This document shows positions 19,990-30,294 of a stretch of 64,000 nucleotides of DNA, one piece after another; within the stretch, counting starts at the first letter, position 1, and each line of letters begins with the position of its first letter. The notes beneath the pieces are model-generated. The model ran no database searches, was not told the origin of the DNA, and was given only the letters and a program-made list of their open reading frames with translations. This DNA is from Candidatus Moraniibacteriota bacterium. Its GTDB lineage: Bacteria > Patescibacteriota > Minisyncoccia > Moranbacterales > UBA2206. Location of the stretch: positions 8,151 to 72,150 of the forward strand of contig JAUSNP010000005.1 of NCBI GenBank assembly GCA_030645735.1, in the 5' to 3' direction. Position numbers and translations under genes: made by a program.

Positions 19990-21006
19990 ATGGTGAAAAA
20001 ACAAAAAGAAGCTCCAAAACAAGGGGAGATTATAATCTACAAGGACAAGCGCGGGGAAATCGAGCTTGAGGTTAATGTTGGCGACGAGACTATATGGCTT
20101 ACACAAAAACAAATTGCAGATCTATTTGATAAGGGAGTTCCTGCAATAAATGAGCATATAAACAATATATACAAAGAGAAAGAGTTGAGTAGAAGGGCAA
20201 CTATTCGGAAATTCCGAATAGTTCGTTTAGAAGGCAAAAGAATGGTTGAACGTGAAGTGGACTCTTATAGCTTAGATATGGTTCTATCTGTTGGTTATAG
20301 AGTTAGTTCAAAACGTGCCACTCAATTCCGTATTTGGGCAACCAATGTTTTGAAAGAACATCTTTTGAAAGGTTACACGGTGAATCAAAAAAGATTGTTG
20401 CAAGAACGAGAAAATTTTGAAAAATTGCAAAAAACCATTGCGTTTTTGCGCGAGAAGGCGCACGCTAAAACTTTGCAAGGGCAGGAGAGTGAGATTTTAG
20501 ATCTTTTGGGTGACTATGCCAGAACACTGACCTTTTTGGAGCAATATGACAAAAGCAAATTGAAAGTGGCGCGCGCGGGGAAGGCGAAGTTTGTTTTGAA
20601 ATATGAGGTTTGCCAGAATATTGTAACGGAGATCAAGCGTGAGTTGATGGCCAAGAAAGAAGCGAGCGATATTTTTGGCACCCAGCGTAGCGGAGCTTTT
20701 GAATCTGTTATCAAAAATTTATACCAAACTTTTGGTGGCAAAGAATTGTATGCCAATCTAGAAACGAAAGCGGCTCATCTTTTGTATCTAGTCATCAAAG
20801 ATCATCCATTTTCTGATGGCAACAAGCGCATCGGCGCATTCTTGTTTGTATACTTCTTAGACAAAAACAGATATCTTTATGACACCAAGGGTGAAAAGAA
20901 AATCAATGACAACGCTTTGACGGCTTTGGCTTTGTTGGTGGCAGAAAGCAATCCAAAAGAAAAAGATGTTATAATTGCCTTGATAACTAATTTGTTGAAT
21001 AAATAG
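19990..21006 (+). CDS. RhuM-Fic/Doc fusion protein
   Basis: WLTQKQIADLF, SVGYRVSS..ATQFRIWAT; HPFSDGNKR. Confidence 0.92.
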   Translation: MVKKQKEAPKQGEIIIYKDKRGEIELEVNVGDETIWLTQKQIADLFDKGVPAINEHINNIYKEKELSRRATIRKFRIVRLEGKRMVEREVDSYSLDMVLSVGYRVSSKRATQFRIWATNVLKEHLLKGYTVNQKRLLQERENFEKLQKTIAFLREKAHAKTLQGQESEILDLLGDYARTLTFLEQYDKSKLKVARAGKAKFVLKYEVCQNIVTEIKRELMAKKEASDIFGTQRSGAFESVIKNLYQTFGGKELYANLETKAAHLLYLVIKDHPFSDGNKRIGAFLFVYFLDKNRYLYDTKGEKKINDNALTALALLVAESNPKEKDVIIALITNLLNK

Positions 21007-21012
21007 AAAGAT

Positions 21013-21705
21013 ATGATTCTAGGATTTTCATCAGGATGTCTGCACAAAACGCATGATCGAATGGCCAAGGGAACTTTTGATGTATTTCGAAAACTTGGGT
21101 GCAATGCAATTGAAATCATGTGCTATGACGTCGAAAGTGTTTCGAGATTGGCTGAAATTTCGCTAGATGATTTGCAAGGTTTTGAGCACATCTCTCTGCA
21201 TGCACCATTGTTGCAAGAAGTTTCTGCCGAAGATTTGGAGGGAGTTTTGCGTCAAATTGAAGTGGCGCAGAAAAGAATTGGCTTTGCCTATGTGGTCGTG
21301 CATCCAGACAAAAGCATTGATTGGAAAACTTTGTCAAAATTTGCCATTCCGTTTGCAGTTGAGAATATGGATAATCGAAAGGATTTTTATCGCAATGTTG
21401 CAGATCTGCAAGAATTGTTTGCACAGTTTGATGCGAAAATGGTGTTGGATTTGAATCATTGTTTTGTGAATGATTCGACTATGCAATTGGCAAAAGAGTT
21501 TGTGAAAGCTTTCCCCGACAGAATTGCTGGAATTCACTTGAGCGGATTTGAAACCTTTCATGATCCACTGCACAAAACGCAACAACAAGAAATTCTCGAT
21601 GCGGTTTTCAACAAAAACATCCCAATCATAATCGAAAGTGGTTGCGAGACAGAGCTGGACGTGGAAAAAGAATATTTGTATGTAAAAAATAAATTAAGCA
21701 ATTAA
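21013..21705 (+). CDS. Xylose isomerase-like TIM barrel (AP endonuclease 2 family)
   Basis: SLHAP, VVHP, VENM, LDLNH, IHLS. Confidence 0.8.
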   Translation: MILGFSSGCLHKTHDRMAKGTFDVFRKLGCNAIEIMCYDVESVSRLAEISLDDLQGFEHISLHAPLLQEVSAEDLEGVLRQIEVAQKRIGFAYVVVHPDKSIDWKTLSKFAIPFAVENMDNRKDFYRNVADLQELFAQFDAKMVLDLNHCFVNDSTMQLAKEFVKAFPDRIAGIHLSGFETFHDPLHKTQQQEILDAVFNKNIPIIIESGCETELDVEKEYLYVKNKLSN

Positions 21706-21716
21706 AATAAAAAAAT

Positions 21717-22118
21717 ATGAACAAGGCATATGATTGGTACCAACAACTTGCAAAACCGACTTGGTCGCCACCGAGCTGGGTGTTTGGTCCAGTGTGGACA
21801 TTTTTGTATGTTTTGATCGCGATTTCTTTTGGTAGAGTTTTTTGGCTGTTGCTCAAGAAACAAATTCCATTCTTGGTGGCTTTGCCTTTCATTTTGAACT
21901 TGATTTTCAATTTTTCTTTCACGCCAATCCAGTTTGGTCTCAAGAATAATTATCTGGCGGCCATCGATATTCTCTTGGTTCTGGTCACGCTCATCTGGAG
22001 CATGGTTGGAATCTTTCCCTACGCACGCTGGATCACCTACATTCAAATTCCATATCTTGTGTGGGTCTCTTTCGCCACAATTTTGCAACTGACAATAACA
22101 TATTTGAATTGGAAATAA
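21717..22118 (+). CDS. tspO: TspO/MBR family protein, copy 2
   Basis: 132/133 aa identical to copy 1. Confidence 0.93.
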   Translation: MNKAYDWYQQLAKPTWSPPSWVFGPVWTFLYVLIAISFGRVFWLLLKKQIPFLVALPFILNLIFNFSFTPIQFGLKNNYLAAIDILLVLVTLIWSMVGIFPYARWITYIQIPYLVWVSFATILQLTITYLNWK

Positions 22119-22140
22119 TAACTAATTTGTTGAATAAATA
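22118..22140 (+). repeat. 23-bp duplicate of RhuM-Fic 3' end (20983..21005)
   Basis: ATAACTAATTTGTTGAATAAATA exact in both places. Confidence 0.85.
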
Positions 22141-22147
22141 AAATTTT

Positions 22148-22516
22148 ATGATCACACCTGGACTAAAAAAATTCATCGAAGCAAATGCCATGGCTTTGGC
22201 GACTGTGGGCAAGAATGGCAAACCACATAGTATTGCAGTGGCGTATGTGAAAGTGGTTGAGGATAATTTGGTCATAACTAATGCGCATATCAAAGAATCA
22301 ATCAAAAACATTGCGCTCAATGCTAATGTTTCTATCGCCATCTGGAACAAAGACTGGGAAAAAGCTTGCGTGGGCTATGAAATCACCGGCAAAGCTAAGA
22401 ATTATACTAGCGGTAAATGGTTTGATTTTGTTTGTAATATGCCGGATAATGAAGGTGAAAAAGTGCACAGCGCCATTGTGGTCAAAATTTCGAAAATTAA
22501 AAAATTGGAGTCATAA
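22148..22516 (+). CDS. Pyridoxamine 5'-phosphate oxidase-like FMN-binding protein
   Basis: LATVGKNGKPH, NIALNANVSI, GYEITGKA. Confidence 0.8.
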   Translation: MITPGLKKFIEANAMALATVGKNGKPHSIAVAYVKVVEDNLVITNAHIKESIKNIALNANVSIAIWNKDWEKACVGYEITGKAKNYTSGKWFDFVCNMPDNEGEKVHSAIVVKISKIKKLES

Positions 22517-22540
22517 AAATAAATATTTAACACAAAAATT

Positions 22541-22816
22541 ATGTTAGACAAAAAACTCAAAGAAGCCATGGAATTGTTGGGCGGAAAAGCGGTAGTGAAG
22601 GACGGCGAACAGGTTTATGTGGTTATGACTCTGCGGGAATTCAAAAAGGTGAAGCAAGAGGGCATTGAGGGCTTGACAAAGCAGGAATTGGTTGATAAGA
22701 TTAACAACGATATAGCCAGCTGGAAGTTTGTCCAAGAGGAGAAACAGGCTGAGCTGATTGAGCTGGAAGAAATCAGCGAAATCGACAATTCTGAGGTGAC
22801 CTACGAGAAGGCCTAA
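22541..22816 (+). CDS. Hypothetical protein
   Basis: Clean 91-aa ORF with acidic C-terminus. Confidence 0.75.
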   Translation: MLDKKLKEAMELLGGKAVVKDGEQVYVVMTLREFKKVKQEGIEGLTKQELVDKINNDIASWKFVQEEKQAELIELEEISEIDNSEVTYEKA

Positions 22817-22879
22817 ATTATGGAAATAGTTTGTGAGATCCCTCGATAAACTCGGGATGATTCCGCAAAACGGAATCAC

Positions 22880-22936
22880 TTATCCACAGGTCAAAAAGCG
22901 GGGAAGCTTGCCAAGAATTGAAAGGTGGTATAAAAT
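22880..22936 (+). promoter_or_regulatory. DnaA box and tuf promoter
   Basis: TTATCCACA 22880-22888; TTGCCA (22908)-17-TAAAAT (22931). Confidence 0.65.
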
Positions 22937-23039
22937 AAGTAAACTAAGTAAAATAATAATTTAATTCGTATTTATTTGCGAATCCGGTTTATATTCCGGA
23001 TTTAATTCGTGAAATAAAACGAATATATAAACTAATAAT

Positions 23040-24233
23040 ATGGCAACAGCACAATTCGAAAGAACCAAGCCCCATGTTAACGTTGGTACAATCGGCCACG
23101 TTGATCACGGCAAAACTACTCTAACTGCAGCTATCCTGCACGTTTTGGCGTTCAAAGGCCAAGCTAAAGAAAGAGGAATCGACGAAATCGACAAGGCTCC
23201 AGAAGAGAAGGAACGAGGTATTACCATTGCAACAGCTCATTGTGAATATGAATCAGAAAAAAGACATTACGCTCATGTTGACTGTCCGGGACATGCTGAC
23301 TACATCAAGAACATGATCACTGGTGCAGCTCAAATGGACGGTGCTATCTTGGTTGTTGCTGCGACTGACGGTCCTATGCCACAAACTCGAGAACACATTC
23401 TTTTGGCAAAGCAAGTTGGTGTGCCAGAAATCGTAGTATTCTTGAACAAGGTTGATATGGTTGACGACGAAGAGCTAGTTGAACTAGTTGAGGCTGAAGT
23501 TCGTGAATTGTTGACAAAATATGAATTTGATGGTGATAACGCTAAAATCATCCGTGGTTCAGCTTTGAAAGCTCTTGAATCAAAATCTGGTGATGATGAA
23601 GCGGCTAAACCAATTTGGGATTTGATTGCTGCAGTTGATGAAAAAATTCCAGATCCAGTTCGTGAAACAGAAAAACCATTCTTGCTACCAATCGAAGATA
23701 TCTTCTCAATTGAAGGTCGTGGAACAGTAGTAACAGGCCGAATCGAACGAGGAGTTATCAATATCAATGAAGAAGTTGAAATCGTAGGTATCCGACCAAC
23801 AGCTAAAACTGTAGTCACTGGTATCGAAATGTTCAACAAATCTCTTGCAAGAGGTGAAGCTGGAGACAACGCTGGACTTCTACTTCGTGGAATCAAGAAA
23901 GAAGATGTAGAGCGAGGTCAAGTATTGGCTAAAACTGGTTCAATCACTCCTCATACTGAATTTGAAGGTGAAGTATACATTTTGACAAAGGAAGAAGGCG
24001 GACGACACACTCCATTCTTCAAGGGTTACAAACCACAATTCTACATCCGAACAACTGATGTGACTGGTGAAGTATTCCTTCCAGAAGGAACTGAAATGGT
24101 TATGCCGGGAGACACAATTAACTTCAATGTTAAATTGGGAGCCCCAGTAGCTATGGAAGACGGAATGCGCTTCGCTATCCGTGAAGGAGGCCGCACAGTA
24201 GGTGCTGGAGTAGTTACAAAGATCATTAAATAA
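23040..24233 (+). CDS. tuf: Elongation factor Tu
   Basis: [21 protein letters not shown]. Confidence 0.99.
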   Translation: MATAQFERTKPHVNVGTIGHVDHGKTTLTAAILHVLAFKGQAKERGIDEIDKAPEEKERGITIATAHCEYESEKRHYAHVDCPGHADYIKNMITGAAQMDGAILVVAATDGPMPQTREHILLAKQVGVPEIVVFLNKVDMVDDEELVELVEAEVRELLTKYEFDGDNAKIIRGSALKALESKSGDDEAAKPIWDLIAAVDEKIPDPVRETEKPFLLPIEDIFSIEGRGTVVTGRIERGVININEEVEIVGIRPTAKTVVTGIEMFNKSLARGEAGDNAGLLLRGIKKEDVERGQVLAKTGSITPHTEFEGEVYILTKEEGGRHTPFFKGYKPQFYIRTTDVTGEVFLPEGTEMVMPGDTINFNVKLGAPVAMEDGMRFAIREGGRTVGAGVVTKIIK

Positions 24234-24333
24234 ATTTGACTTTTGGGATCGCTTATGAAAACATTTGACATAAGCGATCTTATAAAGTAAGATTTATAAA
24301 TACAATAATAAAGAAAAACTTTCATTAAAAAAG

Positions 24334-24660
24334 ATGATAAAAAAGGAAGAAGAGGCAAAATCTAGAATCCGAATCAAGATTAAGGCGTATGATCATAAAA
24401 TCATTGATCAGACTGCCAAGCAAATCGTTGAGACAGCTGAGAGATCAGGAGCAACCATTACCGGTCCAGTTCCACTACCAACTGAAATCAGAAAATTCAC
24501 CGTCAACAAATCAACATTTGTTCACAAGGATGCTAGAGACCAATATGAAATGCGCATGCATAAGAGAATTATTGATATCTGGAACCCAACCCCAAAAACC
24601 ATTGATAGTCTGACTAATTTGGACCTACCAGCGGGAGTGGATATCGAGATAAAAATGTAA
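24334..24660 (+). CDS. rpsJ: 30S ribosomal protein S10
   Basis: [17 protein letters not shown]. Confidence 0.98.
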   Translation: MIKKEEEAKSRIRIKIKAYDHKIIDQTAKQIVETAERSGATITGPVPLPTEIRKFTVNKSTFVHKDARDQYEMRMHKRIIDIWNPTPKTIDSLTNLDLPAGVDIEIKM

Positions 24661-24797
24661 TTTAAGAGAAGTTATTATAGAATACTAGTTAAAGTCCTGA
24701 GCAATTGGGATACTCAACCAGAATAAATCGGGAATAATCCCCATGACTGGAGTAACTGGACTGTGGATACCCGATTTTTTATTTGTAAAAAAAGACT

Positions 24798-25358
24798 ATG
24801 GCAAAATTCATATTAGGAAGAAAACTTGGAATGACAACCATCTTCAATGATGCGCGAGAAGCACTAAATGTGACTCTTGTTGAATGTGATACAAAAGTTT
24901 CTTTGATCAGAACAGAAGAAAAAGACGGATTTGTGGCAGTGCAGTTGGCAATGCCAAAAACCAAAAACAAGACTTTCAAAAAAGAATTCAGAATTGCAGC
25001 AACTGACATGAAGATTGGTGATGAAGTTGGTGTGGAATCTTTCGAAATTGGAGACAAGGTGAATATCAGCGGACTTGGCAAAGCAAAGGGCTTCCAAGGT
25101 GTTGTGAAGCGCTATGGTTTCAAGGGAGGAAATGCTTCCCACGGAGGCAAGCACAATTTGCGACAACCTGGTTCAATTGGAGCCGGTTATCCAGAACATG
25201 TTATCAAGGGCAAGAGAATGGCTGGACGCATGGGTGGCAAGAGAGTTACTAGCAAGGCAGTTAAAGTAGTTTTCATAGATAAAGCAAAGAATTTGATGGC
25301 CCTCAAAGGTGCAGTACCAGGCGTGCCTGGAGCAATGGTGGAAATCTATCAAGCATAA
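24798..25358 (+). CDS. rplC: 50S ribosomal protein L3
   Basis: GRKLGMT, KGFQGVVKR, MAGRMG. Confidence 0.97.
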   Translation: MAKFILGRKLGMTTIFNDAREALNVTLVECDTKVSLIRTEEKDGFVAVQLAMPKTKNKTFKKEFRIAATDMKIGDEVGVESFEIGDKVNISGLGKAKGFQGVVKRYGFKGGNASHGGKHNLRQPGSIGAGYPEHVIKGKRMAGRMGGKRVTSKAVKVVFIDKAKNLMALKGAVPGVPGAMVEIYQA

Positions 25359-25400
25359 TTTAGACAAAAGACATTTGATTAAATAATTAGCGAAATCGGC

Positions 25401-26033
25401 ATGTTAGTTAAGTTATACAATACAGAAGGAAAAGAAGTAAAAGAAATCGAAGTTTCTGATGCAGTTTTCGGATTGCCTGCAAATGATGATTTGGTTCATC
25501 AGATTTTCGTTTCATTAGGAGCTAATCAAAGACAAGTTTTGGCTCACACCAAGACTCGAGGAGAAAGATCTGGTTCTGGTATCAAACCATGGAAACAAAA
25601 AGGAACAGGACGCGCTCGAGTAGGTTCAAGCCGAACTCCAACCTGGAGAGGTGGAGGTGTAGCTTTTGGACCAACTAAAGAACGCAATTTCAAAGTGAAA
25701 ATCAACAAGAAAATGAACGCCAAAGCTATTTTGACCGTTCTTAGCGCCAAATTGCGCGAAGGTGAAATGGTTGTACTAGACAAGTTGGCTTTGAAAGAAA
25801 AGAAAACCAAGGAAATGGCACAAGTTTTGAAAAATCTAGGTGTGAAAGGCCGAATGTTGATCGGATTTGCTCCAGAAGAGCGCGATATGCGCATCTACAG
25901 CCGCAACTTGGTGAAAGTTAACAATATTTTAGTAGAAAAATTGAACGTTTTGGATATGTTGAATAACAAGAATTTGATTTTGACTCAAGATTCAATCAAA
26001 TATTTGGAAGAGAAGTACCAAGCTAAGGCATAA
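25401..26033 (+). CDS. rplD: 50S ribosomal protein L4
   Basis: KPWKQKGTGRARVGS. Confidence 0.98.
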   Translation: MLVKLYNTEGKEVKEIEVSDAVFGLPANDDLVHQIFVSLGANQRQVLAHTKTRGERSGSGIKPWKQKGTGRARVGSSRTPTWRGGGVAFGPTKERNFKVKINKKMNAKAILTVLSAKLREGEMVVLDKLALKEKKTKEMAQVLKNLGVKGRMLIGFAPEERDMRIYSRNLVKVNNILVEKLNVLDMLNNKNLILTQDSIKYLEEKYQAKA

Positions 26034-26052
26034 TAAAAAGAATCGAAACGAA

Positions 26053-26397
26053 ATGAAACAGACAAGTAAAAAAGTTAATAAGGCGAATAGAATTAAAAAG
26101 GCAACTGGCGCAAGCATTGCGTATAGAGTTTTGATTGAGCCAATTATCACTGAGGCTGCTACTATGGCAATCGAATTGAACAAGTACACTTTCAAAGTCT
26201 CAACTGATTCTACCAAGGATCAAATCAAGACTGCGATTGAGGAATTGTACAAGGTGAAAGTTATCTCAGTTAACACCCTAAATACTCATAGAAAACCAGT
26301 CAGTCATGGCCGAACTCCAGGATTCAAAGCTGCTAGCAAGAAAGCAATTGTAACATTGAAAGCAGGAGATTCAATCGAATTATTTAAAGGAGTATAA
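26053..26397 (+). CDS. rplW: 50S ribosomal protein L23
   Basis: PIITE, KKAIVTL; operon position. Confidence 0.96.
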   Translation: MKQTSKKVNKANRIKKATGASIAYRVLIEPIITEAATMAIELNKYTFKVSTDSTKDQIKTAIEELYKVKVISVNTLNTHRKPVSHGRTPGFKAASKKAIVTLKAGDSIELFKGV

Positions 26398-26421
26398 GGA
26401 CTAAACTGAAAGATTAAAAAT

Positions 26422-27255
26422 ATGGCAATTAAAGTATACAAAAAGAATACCGCTGGACGAAGAAACATGTCGATTGTAAAATCGGAGGATGTTTCTAGTA
26501 AAAAACCAGAAAAGTCCCTGATGGCTCCAATGAAGAGCAAGGCTGGACGTTCACACGGAAAGATTTCTGTGCGTCATCAAGGTGGTGGAGCCAAAAGACG
26601 ATACCGAATTGTTGATTTCAGACAAGATAAGTTTGGTATTCCTGGCAAGATTGCAGCGATTGAACGAGATCCAAATCGATCATCTTTCATTGCTTTGATC
26701 AATTATGTTGATGGAGAGAAAAGATATATCTTGGCTTCTGAAGGAATGAAAGCTGGAATGGAAATTTTGACAGCTGAGAATGCGCCAATCAAATTGGGCA
26801 ACCGAACAAAAGTGAAGAACATTCCAACTGGAACAACTATCTGTAATTTGGAACTATTCCCAGGCAAAGGTGGACAAATTGTTCGTGGAGCTGGTTCAAG
26901 CGCAATTTTGACAGCCGTGGAAGACAAGACTGCTCAAGTGAAAATGCCATCTGGAGAAATTCGATTGGTGAGCAGTGATTGCTATGCTACAATTGGACAA
27001 GTTAGTAATTTTGAACATAATGCAGTTAATATCGGAAAAGCTGGACGTAAACGTCATATGGGCGTTCGACCGGGTGTTCGAGGAACCGTTATGAATCCAG
27101 TGGACCATCCACATGGAGGAGGCGAAGGCAAGCAAGGAATTGGCTTGAAACATCCGAAGACTCCATGGGGCAAGCCGGCTCTTGGAAAGAAAACCAGAAA
27201 GAAAAAGAGATATAGTAATAAGTTTATAATCAAGCGAAGACAAAAGAGAAAATAA
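26422..27255 (+). CDS. rplB: 50S ribosomal protein L2
   Basis: MNPVDHPHGGGEG. Confidence 0.99.
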   Translation: MAIKVYKKNTAGRRNMSIVKSEDVSSKKPEKSLMAPMKSKAGRSHGKISVRHQGGGAKRRYRIVDFRQDKFGIPGKIAAIERDPNRSSFIALINYVDGEKRYILASEGMKAGMEILTAENAPIKLGNRTKVKNIPTGTTICNLELFPGKGGQIVRGAGSSAILTAVEDKTAQVKMPSGEIRLVSSDCYATIGQVSNFEHNAVNIGKAGRKRHMGVRPGVRGTVMNPVDHPHGGGEGKQGIGLKHPKTPWGKPALGKKTRKKKRYSNKFIIKRRQKRK

Positions 27256-27273
27256 TTCAGATACATAACAACT

Positions 27274-27618
27274 ATGACAAGAAGTCTAAAAAAAGGTCTG
27301 TATATAGACGAAAGATTAATAAAGAAGATTCAAAATAGACCAGCTGGTGATAAATCCACCATGAATATCTGGGCTAGAGCGAGTGTTATTTCTCCTGAAA
27401 TGATCGGAATCACTTTCGGTGTGCATAATGGAAGAAAACACATCCCTGTATTTGTGACTGAAGAAATGGTTGGACACAAATTTGGAGAATTCTCACTGAC
27501 ACGGACTTTCAATAGACACGGAGGAAAGATGCAGAAAGAAATTGAACAAGCGGCTAAACAAAAAGAACTGGATGCCTCTAAAGCTGCCAAGGCAGGTGGA
27601 GACGCAAAAAAGAAATAA
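27274..27618 (+). CDS. rpsS: 30S ribosomal protein S19
   Basis: [15 protein letters not shown]. Confidence 0.98.
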   Translation: MTRSLKKGLYIDERLIKKIQNRPAGDKSTMNIWARASVISPEMIGITFGVHNGRKHIPVFVTEEMVGHKFGEFSLTRTFNRHGGKMQKEIEQAAKQKELDASKAAKAGGDAKKK

Positions 27619-27723
27619 TGATATAAATCGCGAATCAACACAAATCTGACTCGAATAATCGCGAATAAAAAATTAGAGAATATTAGTGAATAGATTAGAG
27701 ATTAATTAGAGATTTATAACATC

Positions 27724-28275
27724 ATGAAAGTATCAGCAAAACTAAACAATTTCAGAATGCCAAACCGAAAGGTTAAATTGGTAGCCGACCTAATGATAGG
27801 TATGGATGTTGCCGATGCTTTGAATCAGCTCAATGCAACTGCCAAAAAGACTGCGCCGTTTTTGATTACTCTTTTGGACAGTGCCATTGCAAATGGTGAA
27901 AACAATTTCGGAATCAACAAGGATAACATGTATATTTTCGACGTAGTAGTGAAAGAAGGAATTACTTTGAAAAGATGGATGCCGAAAGCTTATGGCCGAG
28001 CCACTCCAATCCGACGTCGCTCATCTCACATCGAGATCGTGCTAGAAGAAAGATTTGAAGGTAAAGACCGCAAGACCAAAGAGCAATTGGAAAAAGAAAA
28101 GAAAGCTCGTTTGGACGCAAGAAAGAAACTGGAAAAAGATTCAATAGATAAGCAAGAAAAAGAAACCAAGGCTGTTGAGAAGAATGAAGTGAAATCAAAA
28201 GACGCCCGCACAGAAACGAAAGCTTCTGACAAGGGCTGGGCTAAGAAGATGTTTAATAGAAAAGCTGGAATGTAA
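27724..28275 (+). CDS. rplV: 50S ribosomal protein L22 with charged C-terminal extension
   Basis: SAIANGENN, LKRWMPKAYGRA; ~70-aa K/E-rich tail. Confidence 0.97.
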   Translation: MKVSAKLNNFRMPNRKVKLVADLMIGMDVADALNQLNATAKKTAPFLITLLDSAIANGENNFGINKDNMYIFDVVVKEGITLKRWMPKAYGRATPIRRRSSHIEIVLEERFEGKDRKTKEQLEKEKKARLDARKKLEKDSIDKQEKETKAVEKNEVKSKDARTETKASDKGWAKKMFNRKAGM

Positions 28276-28309
28276 TTTAAATAGTTTATTGTAAGAACTA
28301 AAAAAGGCT

Positions 28310-28969
28310 ATGGGAAAAAAAGTAAACCCAGTTGGACTCCGAATAGGTATCACGAATACATGGAAATCAAAGTGGTTCGGAGGGAAAAAAGAATATACAA
28401 GCAATCTTAGACAAGATATAGAAATCCGCGAGGCTGTGTCTAAAAAATGGAAAGCAGCTGCGATTGCTGAAGTTGAGATTGAAAGATCTGCAGCGATGGT
28501 GAAAATCATTGTAAAAACTGCTCGACCAGGTGTTTTGATTGGACGAGGTGGAAGCGGAGTGGAAGATATTCAGAGCTATGTGAAAACCAATTTTTTCAAA
28601 ATGAAAAAGATTGCGTTGAAGATTGAAATTCAGGAAGTGAAAAATTTTGAAGAAAATGCATCCCTCATTGCGCAAAACATTGCTGAGCAATTGGAGAAAA
28701 GAATCGCTTTCCGACGCGCAATGAAATCAATGCTAGATCAAGTTACGAAAAATACGTCAATTAAGGGAGTTAAGATAGAAATGTCAGGCCGACTAGGTGG
28801 AGCAGAAATGGCGAGACGAGAATGGTCAAGCAAAGGCACATTGCCATTGCACACCCTTCGCGCAAACATTGATTTTGCCAGAGCGACAGCCTATACAACT
28901 TATGGAACATTGGGTGTGAAGGTTTGGTTGTACAAGGGAGAAGTATTTAATAATGAAAACAAGAAATAA
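28310..28969 (+). CDS. rpsC: 30S ribosomal protein S3
   Basis: GKKVNPVGLR, GRLGGAEMAR. Confidence 0.98.
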   Translation: MGKKVNPVGLRIGITNTWKSKWFGGKKEYTSNLRQDIEIREAVSKKWKAAAIAEVEIERSAAMVKIIVKTARPGVLIGRGGSGVEDIQSYVKTNFFKMKKIALKIEIQEVKNFEENASLIAQNIAEQLEKRIAFRRAMKSMLDQVTKNTSIKGVKIEMSGRLGGAEMARREWSSKGTLPLHTLRANIDFARATAYTTYGTLGVKVWLYKGEVFNNENKK

Positions 28970-29000
28970 TTAAACATAGACATTAGATCGAAATACGCAT

Positions 29001-29417
29001 ATGTTGATGCCAAAAAAAGTAAAACATAGAAAGGTTCAAAGAGGCGGAAGAATCCGTGGCAACTCTAATCGTGGAAATGATGTGAGTTTCGGAAGCTTTG
29101 GACTGAAAGCAATGGAGACAGGACTCATTTCTGCTCGTCAGATTGAATCAGCTCGAAGAGCGATGACCAGATATGTACAACGTGGTGGCAAGATTTGGAT
29201 CAGGATTTTCCCGGACAAATCAATCACTAAGAAAGGTTCTGAAGTTCCCATGGGTAAAGGAAAGGGAACAGTGGATCATTTCGTAGCTGTTGTGCGACCA
29301 GGGCGAATTTTGTTTGAAATGGACGGTGTGAAAGAAGATATTGCCAAGAAAGCTATGGAATTGGCAGCTTACAAGTTGTGTGTAAAATCAAAGTTTGTAT
29401 CTAAAGAAAACGAATAA
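29001..29417 (+). CDS. rplP: 50S ribosomal protein L16
   Basis: [15 protein letters not shown]. Confidence 0.98.
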   Translation: MLMPKKVKHRKVQRGGRIRGNSNRGNDVSFGSFGLKAMETGLISARQIESARRAMTRYVQRGGKIWIRIFPDKSITKKGSEVPMGKGKGTVDHFVAVVRPGRILFEMDGVKEDIAKKAMELAAYKLCVKSKFVSKENE

Positions 29418-29454
29418 TTAAATCGCGAATTCGCGAAAGAGATAAACTGCATAT

Positions 29455-29640
29455 ATGAAAATAAAGGAAATTAGAGAAAAGAATATTGAAGAATTAAAGA
29501 AGCTTTTAGCTGAGAAAAGAGAGCTCGTGCGAAAGCTCAGATTTGATATTGCAGCCAAACAAGTTAAGAATATCCGAGATATCCGAAATAGCAAACGAGA
29601 CATTTCAAGAATTTTAACTATTCTTAAAGAAACTAAATAA
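29455..29640 (+). CDS. rpmC: 50S ribosomal protein L29
   Basis: LRF, DISRILT; operon position. Confidence 0.95.
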   Translation: MKIKEIREKNIEELKKLLAEKRELVRKLRFDIAAKQVKNIRDIRNSKRDISRILTILKETK

Positions 29641-29644
29641 TACA

Positions 29645-29893
29645 ATGGAAAAGAATTTAGAAAAAGCTAAAATAATTATCAAGAAAAAAGGCATTGTCAT
29701 CAGCGACAAAATGGCCAAGACTGTTGTAGTGGCTGTGGAAAGCTTGAAGACTCATTCAAAATATAAGAAGAAATACAAGTCAACCAAGAAATATAAGGCG
29801 CATGACGAAGAAGGGAAATACAAGGTTGGCGACGCAGTTGAGATCATCCCATGTAAACCAATGAGTAAGGATAAACGATATAAAGTAGTCTAA
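29645..29893 (+). CDS. rpsQ: 30S ribosomal protein S17
   Basis: [21 protein letters not shown]. Confidence 0.97.
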   Translation: MEKNLEKAKIIIKKKGIVISDKMAKTVVVAVESLKTHSKYKKKYKSTKKYKAHDEEGKYKVGDAVEIIPCKPMSKDKRYKVV

Positions 29894-29897
29894 ATAT

Positions 29898-30263
29898 ATG
29901 ATACAAGCAGAATCAAAAGTAAAATCAGCTGACAACTCTGGAGCAAAGGTTATTGAATGCTTCAAGGTTCTTGGTGGATCAAAAAAACGATATGCTCAGA
30001 TTGGTGACATCTTTGTGGCGTCTATCAAATCAGCTGAACCTCGTGGAATGGTGAAAAAAGGAGACAAGGTTCGCGCAGTTTTGGTGAGACAAGTCAAGGC
30101 GCTTCGCCGAAAAGATGGAACTTACATCCGATTTGATGAAAATGCCGCTGTGATTTTGGATGGCAAAGAGCCAAAAGGAACTCGTATCTTTGGACCAATT
30201 GCCAGAGAAATTCGAGAAAAAGGATTCAGCAAAATTGTTTCTTTAGCCCCGGAAGTATTATAG
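29898..30263 (+). CDS. rplN: 50S ribosomal protein L14
   Basis: [14 protein letters not shown]. Confidence 0.98.
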   Translation: MIQAESKVKSADNSGAKVIECFKVLGGSKKRYAQIGDIFVASIKSAEPRGMVKKGDKVRAVLVRQVKALRRKDGTYIRFDENAAVILDGKEPKGTRIFGPIAREIREKGFSKIVSLAPEVL

Positions 30264-30294
30264 TATTTAAAAAAAGGACACCTAAAACATTTTT

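Noticed and set aside
19497-22118. tspO copies as a DGR template/variable repeat pair
   Set aside because: Differences are synonymous and not adenine-specific, and no reverse transcriptase is in the window.
3810-22888. DnaA boxes as oriC
   Set aside because: The boxes are single, kilobases apart and each tied to a promoter; no dnaA/dnaN or box cluster is present.
2166-23039. Classical integron or prophage
   Set aside because: No integrase, recurring attC sites or phage structural genes were seen.
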